Shown here piece after piece: positions 24,601 to 37,500 of a stretch of 64,000 bases of DNA (position 1 is the first letter of the stretch; every line of letters starts with the position of its first letter). The DNA lies in the NCBI RefSeq assembly GCF_001194135.2, contig NC_068982.1, positions 161,852,383 through 161,916,382 of the forward strand. The letters are read 5' to 3'. The DNA comes from Octopus bimaculoides (lineage: Eukaryota). The notes below the pieces were generated by a model that was not told the origin of the DNA, ran no database searches, and saw nothing but the letters and a program-made list of their open reading frames with translations. A program made the position numbers and the translations under genes.

Positions 24601-27600
24601 AAATACGGTAACAAATAGGTTAAGTCCATTAATAGTAATTATGGTGAAACAAACATCTGACTGTACCATTAGGATGCTATCTCCATTAGCTGAAGGGGTA
24701 AATAGTTGGTGATGCAGTGTGTCAATTGCAAAGACACTTAACACTCAGTGTCTCAATCTGCCTAGCAGTAAATAGTTACTATGCTGTGATCAGTTCATAC
24801 CCCTCCCCACATCATCCAACATTAAATAGATAATTACAATGAGGAAGTATCTGTTAAGTAAAGCGTACTTTATAATTTTTTTCAAGTGTTTTGTTAGTTT
24901 CCTAAACCTGTCTGTGATTGGTTGGTGTTCTGCCCTAGGAAGCACATCTCTCTACCATTTAATTCCCTTTAAACATCTCTAGTTGACCACTTAACTAGTG
25001 ACACCACTTGGCAACAGAAAACTATAAATGAACTCTGTGCAAGCTGTTTATCTAAAATAGTCTTGTTTGCAAGTAAGTTACAACACTATGAGGATGTTTA
25101 GACCAGTGCTTCTCAATCTTTTTGATTTCATGGCTCATAGGAGATCAAATAAAAAACATTACTGGTACACTTCACATGGACAAATGCTATAAAATTAAAG
25201 TTAAAAACATAGAAAGCTGTTACCTTGTTTCATTTATAATTTTTGTGTGAAGTGTGGACATGGTTGTATGGTTACAAAGTTTGCTTTGCAGCAATGTGGT
25301 TCTGGGTTTATCTAGTGTTTTCACAGCTGCTGCCTAATGAGTTTTGTCTGCTGCTGTTACAGTTTTGGGTTTTTGAACACACTGCATCCATAAGGGATTG
25401 TATCCTCAGATGAATACCACAATCAAATTGCCTTTCATGATGCATCTATATTAAGTATGATACACAGATGACTGTTTTGGTCTGATACTGCTTCTGTTTT
25501 ATATAGTAAATTATAAGTATGTTTTGCAAAGCATTTAAGCATAAGTGTGTATTTTCTAAAACCATACATTATATTTTTAAAAACCTGTAGCACATCTAGA
25601 TAATCGTATTACATATCTTTTAAGAATAATCTGTTTAGAGTGTCATTAAAGACCAACTCTTGATTTCACCATTTCTAAAATGTTTTGGTCAAATATATAT
25701 GGTTTTCTACAAGCACCAAAACTGACAGGAAGTATGAAAGCAAATATCCTCTGAAAGTATGGTATTCTCACATTAGAGTCTCTATGTCATCACTCAACCT
25801 GCTAGAAATATTCAAATCTACCTCAAATAATACCCTTGTCTCTAAAACCAAAGGTAGACACATTGCATAATGTAGTTCTATTTGTATACTGTGTCTGCCT
25901 AAAGAGTAGATGGTTTTGACCAGAATACATAAACACCATCCGCTAGGGAGCTACTAGAAATAGTAGATCAGGTTTCCTTAAATGAAACCTTTCATTTCTT
26001 AAAAAAAGAAAGAGATGTTAGATGATAATAATGATAAAGTTGTGTATATTTTTTAACATACTTTTGTACACTAGAACATGAAAGGCATTTATTGTGGGAT
26101 TCTGTCTTGGAAAAAAATCTCTATAAACTTTGTGTATAAAAACATTTCAAACCAAGCTCCAAGTGATGTCAGTGTTTCATAGTGTTTCAGCATGATTTTG
26201 CCTTTTCAGTGGTAGATATCTCCTTAGGCATTTGAAGCTAAGTTGGAACTTTAGTTTGATCCTCACTACTTTGTGTGCTTATACTAAAATATTTCCAGTC
26301 TGGCAAACCTCAGCAGACACTTGCAAATATTTTGTTTGCTCTTTCTATATAAGAATAGAAGTTCTAGCTTGCTTCCAAATGATTGATGCAATATCTATCA
26401 CTGAAGAGGCGAACTCATTCCAAAACACTGTATCTGATAGTCCACTTGGAGCTGGGCTCAATGTGTTTTTATACACAAAGTCTAGAAAGAGAAATTTTCC
26501 TCCTTGACAAAATCTCAAAACAAAGGTCTTTCGAGATCTAGTGTAGAAGTGGTGTGTAAAAAATAAATGCACACAATCAAGTGAAATTGAATCGTGGCCA
26601 ATGACCCGGCAAGTAAAACGAGATTACAATCATGGCCTATACCAGTGTTGCATAACCAGCCCATTTAAAAGCATCCTTGAATCACTGGGTGATACACTGC
26701 ACTTGAGAAGACCTATTGAGTCAAGTAAAATCAATCAAAAATCGAAATCAAAATGGAAATTGTAGTTGTGGCTGATGCCAGTGTCGCCTGACTGGCACCT
26801 GTGCTGGTGGAACATAATAAGCACCATTCAAGCATGGGTCGATGCCAGTGCCACATGTCTGGCTCCCTGAGTCAGTAACATGTAAAAAAACACCAACCGA
26901 ATATGGCCGATGTCATTTTCCCCTGACTGGCTCCTGTGCCAGTGGCACATAAAAAGCACCATGTGATCGTGCTCGATGCCAGTGCTGCCTCATTGGCTCC
27001 TGTGCCAGTGGCATGTAAAAAGCACCCACTGCACTCTCAGAGTAGTTGGCATTAGGAAAGGCATCCAGCCATAGAAACCTTGCCAGATCAGATTAATGCC
27101 TGGTGCAGCCTACTGGCTTTCCAGTCCGTAGTCAAACTGGCCAACCTATGCCAGTATGGAAAACAGACGTTAAATGATGATGATGATAATCTTTATTTTG
27201 GTCCCTGTAGCTTTGTGTGTTTATACTAAATTAGATAATGCTGTACTTAGGACACAGTCTAAACAAATGAAATAAAGTTGTGATGTTCATTGTTGAAATC
27301 TCTGATATTCTTTGGCTTCATTAGGTATAAGCTGAGGTTAAACATCATCACTAACCACTATAATTAAAACCACAGGTGACTATTGATGCCAAAAATGTAT
27401 GCAATTGTTTGTTAAAGTTAAATGCTTCAACTTGATTGATTATCATTTCACTATTGGGTTATTGATGTAAGGAACATCAGAGCCTAATATGTATTGGTAT
27501 GGTTTAATATAACTTAATTTGTGGTGTTTAGAATTTGCAGAATTGCTAGGAACATTACTAGAATTCATCATTCAAACTATCTTCCTGTGAAATATCTGTT

Positions 27601-27948
27601 CATGAATCTGAACAGATTGAAGAAATTGGAGCTGCTTTATGCCTTCCTATATTTTATGAATCCCCAAATTGATGTGTGAGCTGAGTATGTGTAATAGAAT
27701 CTATTTGATGAAAGGCATCTCTGTGTGGACTTGGCTATGGTTAGGCAGATTTATGACGAAAGATGTTTCAGCTGTGATTATTCCGTCTTTTTGTATATTT
27801 AGAACTGTGTTGTTTATGTTATTTAATGTATCCTTCCTTTTGAAAGACAGTAGGATGTGATATACAGGAATTTATACTGCTATTTCTGCAGGTGAAAAGT
27901 GGTAAAAATAGGACATATGAATCTTAAAAGGAAACAAAACACATGTGG

Positions 27949-27984
<36 letters not shown>

Positions 27985-30900
27985 GCGTGTGTGCGTGCGC
28001 ATGCGTACATGTTTCAGAGAGAGTGAGAGATCCAAGGCCAAGAAAGCTGGCTCCTGTCTGTAGTGATGTTAATATTTTAAGGTGGTGAAGGTTAGTTAAT
28101 AGAGGTAACATATGGACAGGAAGGAAATTCTAGAGAGGATTGCAGTTTTCACAGGAAGGATTTTCTATGTTGTTTATCTGCTAAATGAGCAGTGGGGTGG
28201 GCTAAATAATGTGGTGTGTGGGTTCATATGTATTATGTCACTCCTGAAATATATCTAATTTTGAAGTGTTGCAGTTCATCTCCACCACAGTTAAATGTTA
28301 ATTTTAGATCTTAATTACTCTGTATTTAAAAATTTTTCATAACATTCTGACATTGATTTTATCAATTAAAAAGTATTTATAATTTCTAACCTCTCTCTCT
28401 AAAGTTTTGATTTCAAAATTATGTATTTATTTGGTCTTAGAATGTCAATCAAATAGTAATTGAATCTCTTGATGCCAGCAGTCTGCCTGGTTGAGAAGTT
28501 TTTTTTTCAACCACTTTGCAGTCAGTTGATTAGATGAAGGAAGAGCATTTAATAATGAAAGCAATTGCTCTTCATTGTCATTTGATTTGATAGAAATAGC
28601 TAAATATCCCTCAAATCTCACATCACAACCATAACCCTTCAGCATTCAGATTACTCTGACAAATGTATTCTTTTTTATTCATGTTGGTTTGAATTAATCA
28701 TGGATTATCTTGTAACCTGTGACGATGTGATTGTTTATTTTTAGAATGACATTGTCGGGTAGATGTGAGAGGCCAGATCTAGCTGGTTTGAACATAAAAC
28801 ATGTAGAAAATTTGGGCTGGATATGGCAGGATCCATTATTGACCAGTGTAGTTGTATATATGCAGGATCCAAGAAAACAACAGGGTACTTCTGGTCAGTT
28901 ACAGTTGATCTAAGACTAAACTACTGAGTTTTTATTTTATCAACCCCAGAAAGATGAAAGGTAGCTCAGAAAATAAACATTCATAACTATATCATCATCA
29001 TCATTTAGCATCTGTTTTTATGCTGGCATGGGTTAGACATTTGACTGGGACTGGTAAGCTAGACAGCTGTACTAGGCTCCAGTCTGATTTGGCCTAGTTT
29101 CTATGGCTGGATACCCTTACTAATGCCAACCACTCCAAGAGTGTAGTGGGTGCCTTTTATATGTCACCGGCACTGGCCATGACTAGTCTCACTTGGCTGG
29201 ATGCGTCTTCTCAAGCACATCAAATCATCAAAGGTCTTGATCACTTGTCATCACCTCCGTGAGACTCAACATCTGAAGGTCATGCTTCACCACCTCATCC
29301 CATGTCTTCCTGAGTCTACCTCTTCCACAGGTTCCTTCTGCAGTTAGAGATTGACACAGAGAAATTTTGTTTTATAATTAGTTCTCTATTGTTTCTGTTT
29401 TATCTTCTACTTGATTAGGTATAAAAAAAATGTAAATAATGGAGGCAAATTAGACTTAATTAAAATCCAATGAAATATTTCTAATACATTGTTTTTGTTC
29501 AAAAAATAGCGAAGACTAACTACTATTAGAAACTATTTTTTAAAAGCAGTAATGATTGCATGTTTGAATTATTTAAGTATTTTTATGAATTATTATGAAA
29601 ATCCTATTTTCTTCTAGTGATGATGTCCGAGAGCAAGGATTTACCATCATTCTTGATATGAGAGGTTCCACATGGCAAACAGTAAAACCTATACTTAAAG
29701 CCTTGCAGGTGAGTTGTGAAAATATTTAGAACGTATTTCTTTCAATCTCTGTTACAATGAAAGTCTAGTTTGCAAGACTAAATTACTTACCTCATTTGAG
29801 TATGTGCAGCCAAAGCTTTAACTCTTTCAGTACTAGCATAGCTAAGACTGCCCCCCACCCCCGTCCCATATCATACACTGGCAACCCCCTCCGCCAATGC
29901 CTGTAACAAACTATTTTTGTTTAAAGTGAATCTTGATGAAAACCTTGTTATTTACATGAATGGCTACACCTTATTCCAGTAGATAAATGTTCTATTGTAA
30001 TTTTATATAAGAACCTTTTGTTGAATTATACTCCAAACATCTGCTTTATATAATGTTTGCAGTTATTTTGTTACCATCTCCACCTCCTCCATTCTTGATT
30101 ATATGGGAATTAATTGAAGCATATGAACAGTCTATTCTTGTTAGAAATATGGTCACAAAGGGTTGAAAGACATCTGACTGACTTAAGAATGGATATAACT
30201 TATTGTAGCTATTGTACTTTTCCAGCAGGCTTTTTGTGACCTTACTAGTGGTGTAGATAATTGCAATAACGAATAGTAGTGGTATTGTAGTTATTTGAAA
30301 TACTGATCTTATAAATTATTGATTACTTTAGAATGTTTTTCAAGAAATACTTTTATTTAAAGAGGACTTATATAACTCTGCTTTATTTATAATTTCTTCT
30401 CAGGAATGTTTTCCTGGCAATATTCAAATGGCATTCATTATCAAGCCTGAAAAATTTTGGGAGAAGCAAAGAACCAGTTTGGGAAGTGCCAAGTACAACT
30501 TTGAAGTGAGTATCATATTTTTCAGAATGAAGATATTATAAACCTTATTTATCATTAACTAATGAAGTGTTTTGGAACACTTTCATTTAAAAGATTGTTT
30601 TAAACTGTAAATTGATTTTTATGTTATAAATTTAAATTATATTTGGTTCCCATTTCTATTAATTATTTAACTGTTGTCGCACTTGTTATTTCCTCTTTCT
30701 ATAACTTTTACTAATGTTTTATTCATTTTTTCCAGACCAATATGTTATCAGTTGATAATCTTTCCAAATTTATCGATTCATCTCAGCTTACGAGAGAATT
30801 TGATGGTACTCTGGATTATGATCATGAACAGTGGATTCAACTCCGATTGGTAAGGAAGGAATAAATGCTTCATCTTATAATTTATTGTGGAGTTGGAGGA

Positions 30901-31478
30901 CCACTGAAAGATGAATCATTATGTGATGGACAAGCCATTGAAAAAAACCTCCATGTGGTCACCCAACCTAGTAGAAATTTCTGTCAAATCTCTCAAATCA
31001 TACACTCAAAAAGGATACTGATGATATAGTCCCAAGTACACTATAACTCAAAAGAATGATGAACGGACAAAGTTAGAACTAGAGTACCTTTGACCATATG
31101 TTGATTTAGTCATTTTAATTTGGGGTTGATCAAGCACTTCATCTAGTGATGCAATAGAAGATACAGGGAAATGATTTCCTGTGGATATTTTAAGCCTAAA
31201 GGGAAACTCAGGTCCCTTGTGCTAATGAAGCACTTACCTATCTGTTGAGAATGTTTAACCAAAGACTGTTTACCCAGTGCTCAAACACTTTATCAGTGTG
31301 GTAGGTTAAGACTATAAGGAAGGAATAAAATCAGATATCTCAGTAGATTAACACAATCAACCAGTTATAATGTAAATAATTTGTTATCGTTAAATAGCAG
31401 CAATGGATTCCAGCAATTTCTCTCACTTTTACCTTAATAGTTAGTGTTGCTGCAAAAAATCCACTCCTCTGTCTGTCC

Positions 31479-31527
<49 letters not shown>

Positions 31528-34500
31528 NNNNNNNNNNNNNNNNNNNNNNNNNNNNNNNNNNNNNNNNNNNNNNNNNNNNNNNNNNNNNNNNNNNNNNNNN
31601 NNNNNNNNNNNNNNNNNNNNNNNNNNNNNNNNNNNNNNNNNNNNNNNNNNNNNNNNNNNNNNNNNNNNNNNNNNNNNNNNNNNNNNNNNNNNNNNNNNNN
31701 NNNNNNNNNNNNNNNNNNNNNNNNNNNNNNNNNNNNNNNNNNNNNNNNNNNNNNNNNNNNNNNNNNNNNNNNNNNNNNNNNNNNNNNNNNNNNNNNNNNN
31801 NNNNNNNNNNNNNNNNNNNNNNNNNNNNNNNNNNNNNNNNNNNNNNNNNNNNNNNNNNNNNNNNNNNNNNNNNNNNNNNNNNNNNNNNNNNNNNNNNNNN
31901 NNNNNNNNNNNNNNNNNNNNNNNNNNNNNNNNNNNNNNNNNNNNNNNNNNNNNNNNNNNNNNNNNNNNNNNNNNNNNNNNNNNNNNNNNNNNNNNNNNNN
32001 NNNNNNNNNNNNNNNNNNNNNNNNNNNNNNNNNNNNNNNNNNNNNNNNNNNNNNNNNNNNNNNNNNNNNNNNNNNNNNNNNNNNNNNNNNNNNNNNNNNN
32101 NNNNNNNNNNNNNNNNNNNNNNNNNNNNNNNNNNNNNNNNNNNNNNNNNNNNNNNNNNNNNNNNNNNNNNNNNNNNNNNNNNNNNNNNNNNNNNNNNNNN
32201 NNNNNNNNNNNNNNNNNNNNNNNNNNNNNNNNNNNNNNNNNNNNNNNNNNNNNNNNNNNNNNNNNNNNNNNNNNNNNNNNNNNNNNNNNNNNNNNNNNNN
32301 NNGATAACTCATATTCAGGCTTGCAACTTTATATTTTTTTTATTCATATATCATGCATACATCTGAAATTAAGAGAAAAGAGAGGGTTGTATAAAAAAAA
32401 GCTTTTATTAAAAATATGACACGTTATAAAAGTGTTTCTGTATTTCTGTGTAGATGTTGGAGGAATTTATCTGGAAAGCATTAGACCTTCTAGACAAACT
32501 CGATGAGTTAGCAGAAATCCTGACATGTCCAGAGTTACCTGATGATTTAAATGGTGCCCAGATTCAGTTAGAGCACCACAACCAGCTGAAGAAAAGAGTC
32601 ACCAAAGCTCCAGTTGAACAATTGACAATGGAAGGGCATCACATTCTGAAGACAATCACTGGAGAAGAAGATAATTTATCTGGTGAATATTGTAAATGTT
32701 AAACATTATAATTTTTTTCCTGTGGAAACTATTTAAATGTGTATTTTTGTGTAATATTGTGGTTATCCTCTCAACTGTCATTAATAATACCTGTAAACAA
32801 GGAGGCAGAATGTAAGACTAAAATGTCTTGTAATAGTTTGTTACACCTCTTTGTTCTGACTTTAGAACTTACTGTGGTCATACCCCTGATATGTTCTACA
32901 TTCAAATTTCTCCAAGGTTAACTTTTCTGTACAACCTTCTTGAGACATCAGAATGAGAGATCGGTGAAGTATTAGAGTTAATTAAGCTGGCTATACAATC
33001 TCCCAAAATACCTTACTTTCTAGTAATATAAATGATTGATATTATTTGTTTAACATTAAGTTAGCCTAGATCATGTAAGCCTAAGACATGTAGATAATTA
33101 GTCAAGTAACTTAGTATGATTCACAGATCTATTGTTCTTTGTATCTCAGATTTCTTCCTTGTTGAGGACTATTCTGTGTTTGCTGCCTTATGTGGTGAAG
33201 TGTAATGACATGATATGTTGTTTTCTCTCCAATGTGCAGTCTGTTTTTGTAAGCCAATAGGTTCTGTTGGTGTTTAAAGCAGGGGTGGGTAATGTGGACT
33301 CAGAGTATGACTGTTGCTGTTTCTTTTCATTTAAATATATCATATATATCTCAGTAATGTTTGATGGGTCTAATGAAAGTGTCTGGTAAATTCATTGTGA
33401 TAAGTTCATCACCTGTAATTTCATCACCAGTTTATGAACTGTGAACCAATATATCACCAGTAAATTAATCATCATACCAAATATATTGCTGGTAAATTGC
33501 AGAATATAAAACATCATTAAACAGTAAAGTTTTTATTCGCAAAGTAAATGTTTCATTTCATTAACAATAAAAAGATATATTTATTTCAAATTTGGTTATT
33601 ATGCAGTAAAAAGTTAACATTATATGGGAGGAAAGAGAAATATTCTAAAAGGCAAATTATGAGCATAACTCTTAAATTAATCCAGTTGTTAATGATTTTG
33701 ATATTTACTGACATGCACTGGATTCTTGCTTCACTAACTTTATATTTCTTTCTGCATTCTGGAATTTTTGCACCAGTGATACACTGTTTAATTATTACTG
33801 CTTTTTTTTTTTTATTGTTCTTTGAATGTTTTAAAAAAAATTTTCAGATAGTAGGGCAGGATATCTTGAACAATCCACTAAATGATTGATGCTAGCCTTC
33901 ACAAGAATTGTTTGTTTACGAGGCACCTTCTTGGGCTGCCATAAAATAATTCCAAACTGTATGGTCCAAATGAGCAGATTGGTGTACTAGGTGATGTTCT
34001 GAGTGTCCAGTCCACATATCCTTTACATAATCTAAGGCTGGTTGGGTTTCTTTGAGAAAACAGTTATTGTATAAATATTTGAAAGAATGAACTATATTTA
34101 AGACAGGCATGGATGCAATGGTTGTAATTGTATACATCATCATCATCATCATCATCATCATCGTTTAACGTCCGCTTTCCATGCTAGCATGGGTTGGACG
34201 ATTTGACTGAGGACTGGTGAAACCGGATGGCAACACCAGGCTCCAGTCTAATTTGGCAGAGTTTCTACAGCTGGATGCCCTTCCTAACGCCAACCACTCA
34301 GAGAGTGTAGTGGGTGCTTTTACGTGTCACCCGCACGAAAACGGCCACGCTCGAAATGGTGTCTTTTATGTGCCACCCGCACAAGCCAGTCCAGGGGCAC
34401 TGGCAACGATCTCGCTCGAAAATACTACGGGAGCCAGTCAGGCGGTACTGGCAACGGCCACGCTCAAANNNNNNNNNNNNNNNNNNNNNNNNNNNNNNNN

Positions 34501-37500
34501 NNNNNNNNNNNNNNNNNNNNNNNNNNNNNNNNNNNNNNNNNNNNNNNNNNNNNNNNNNNNNNNNNNNNNNNNNNNNNNNNNNNNNNNNNNNNNNNNNNNN
34601 NNNNNNNNNNNNNNNNNNNNNNNNNNNNNNNNNNNNNNNNNNNNNNNNNNNNNNNNNNNNNNNNNNNNNNNNNNNNNNNNNNNNNNNNNNNNNNNNNNNN
34701 NNNNNNNNNNNNNNNNNNNNNNNNNNNNNNNNNNNNNNNNNNNNNNNNNNNNNNNNNNNNNNNNNNNNNNNNNNNNNNNNNNNNNNNNNNNNNNNNNNNN
34801 NNNNNNNNNNNNNNNNNNNNNNNNNNNNNNNNNNNNNNNNNNNNNNNNNNNNNNNNNNNNNNNNNNNNNNNNNNNNNNNNNNNNNNNNNNNNNNNNNNNN
34901 NNNNNNNNNNNNNNNNNNNNNNNNNNNNNNNNNNNNNNNNNNNNNNNNNNNNNNNNNNNNNNNNNNNNNNNNNNNNNNNNNNNNNNNNNNNNNNNNNNNN
35001 NNNNNNNNNNNNNNNNNNNNNNNNNNNNNNNNNNNNNNNNNNNNNNNNNNNNNNNNNNNNNNNNNNNNNNNNNNNNNNNNNNNNNNNNNNNNNNNNNNNN
35101 NNNNNNNNNNNNNNNNNNNNNNNNNNNNNNNNNNNNNNNNNNNNNNNNNNNNNNNNNNNNNNNNNNNNNNNNTCGTACGCATGCGTCATACAGTCTGCCT
35201 TTTACTCTGAGTGAGAGTCCCTTTGTCGCCAGCAGGGGTAAGAGCTCTCTAAACTTTGCCCAGGCTATTCTTATTCTAGCAGCTACACTTTCAGCGCACC
35301 CACCCCCACTACTAACTTGGTCGCCCAGATAGCGGAAGCTATCGACTACCTCTAGTTTTTTACCCTGGAATGAGATAGAAGTTGTTTCCTGTTTGTTTAC
35401 AGTGTTTATTGCACCTGAACATCTGCCACAAACAAAAACTAACTTGCTAGTTAACCTGCTTTTGATGTTGCTGCACCTCTTATGTGTCCATAGCTTGCAC
35501 CGGGTTTCTACACAAATTCTGCATCATTTTTGGTTAGTTGTTGCAGACCATTTGTTTGAATAAATTGAAATATACATCAGGAGAAATTGGTATCAATTTA
35601 CTGTGACGTATGTAATCACTTTGAATTTTCACTGAACTGCTCATGAGGTTATATTTGTATGTATTTTATGTTTGTCTGAAATGTACACTTGGACTGAGTA
35701 CAAAGTATCTATGTTGGGTTTGCCACACTGATGCTGAGTACACAATACTCATGTTGAAGAAATCATGCTCATGCTGAGCACATCAATGCTACATTTGTGC
35801 TGAGTATTCTATACTCATACTGAATCTACTAAGATCACATGGATTAAAATACACTCATGTTCAGTATACATGTTGATTGTATCTCACTGGTATTGAGCAC
35901 ATTGCATTCAAGCTGAGCACACTACAACCAGGCTGAGCTCACCACATCCGCGCTGAGTATACAACACTTATATTGCACATACTACATTTATCATGTACAA
36001 GCAGCATTTATGTTGAGTATTCTTAACTAAGGGCACAATGTAGGTGACATATGAATTGAATCCTGTTCCTTTAGCCAGGAAATCAATACCTTATGTCACG
36101 AGCCTATATTACACCATTTATGCTTTAAGAAAATTTCAAATGAACAAAACCTGAACTATTTTTGAAAAATGCATGTTTAAAATGTATATTTGTTATCATT
36201 CCAATTACATAAATTATATATTTTTTCCTCAGCTGAAATTATTACCCGATGATAAAGATTTCTGCTCTAAAGTTAGTAATATTTTCTTTCAGGCTCTAGT
36301 CATAAACTCTTTGTGATATCTGGAAATGCTGATTTCCAGAGTGCTGTCCCTCAGATTTCTCACCTTTTGGACAATCTCCAGTCGACTAAGCAGCACCTAA
36401 ATCAGTTGTGGATAAATAAAAAAGCTCGACTTGAACAATGTCTACAGCTGCGGGTATTTGAGAATGATGTGGAGAAGGTACTGTTAAATTTTCTTTCTTT
36501 GTGTTGTTTTGATTACAGTACACACTCACAATTTTAGTCTGTAAGCTCTCTTGCTTCTGTGTTTCCAGTAGTTTTCTGAGGAAAGTATGATTTGTTACGG
36601 TCAGAGTGTGTACAAATATTGCTGAGAAGCACCACCTTGTAAAAGATACATTCCCAATCAATTTGCTGACAATAGAACATTCTAGATTCGTCACATCCTA
36701 CTATCTAAAAATGCTGTTTTCTGGTTGGTTTCTTGATAGCTTCTAGAATGAACCAAACACATTCACTGAAAGTGTAAATATTCATTTGTTTTCATTGTTG
36801 ACGTACTTACTAAGAATACATTTTGGTAAATGGCCAGCTTTCTAAATGTTTGGCAACAGTGAACTATGTATAAGCTTCATGTAGTCAAATATAAGGACAA
36901 ATACTAAGAATGAGTCAAGAACTAAACACAAGTCAGAAATACAGTGTTTGTAAACAAGGGTAAATATCAAAATAAAGATAAAATTACATTGAGTAAGAAT
37001 AAGAAATCTGAGTATTAATCATTCTTTCTCCTTTGCCATTATGCTTCACTGGATGTGCAATGTCAGTGTGCATGTTCGACTGAGTGTAAGCATCTTGAGA
37101 GAAAAGTTAGGCATAAGAGATGTCAGATGTGGTGTGCAAGTGAGACAAATATGCTGACGTGGTTATGTGATGCATATGGACAAGGACAGCAGCGTAAAGA
37201 AGTGCTGATCCCTAACTGTGGAGAGAACCTGTGGTAGAAGTAGACCCAGAAAGAAATGGGATGAGGTGGTGAAATATGATCTCCAAACTTTGGGCCTCAC
37301 AGAGGCAATGACTAGTGACCGAGACCTTTGGCAATATGCTGTTCTTGAAAAGACCCATCAAGTCAAGTGAAGTCGCAGTTGTGGCTGATGCTGGTGTCAC
37401 GTAACCGGCACCCGTGCTGGTGGCATGTAGAAAGCACCTTTCGAGCATTGAGCCTCACAGAGGCAAAGTGGTTGAGCTCCTTTCGAATGTTGGACCTCAC

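Noticed and set aside
31238-31311. Antisense exon-like unit (ccttatag|...TAG|gtaagtg); similar minus-strand donor near 55280
   Set aside because: All frames hit stops or lack partners; isolated splice-site pairs are expected by chance in 64 kb
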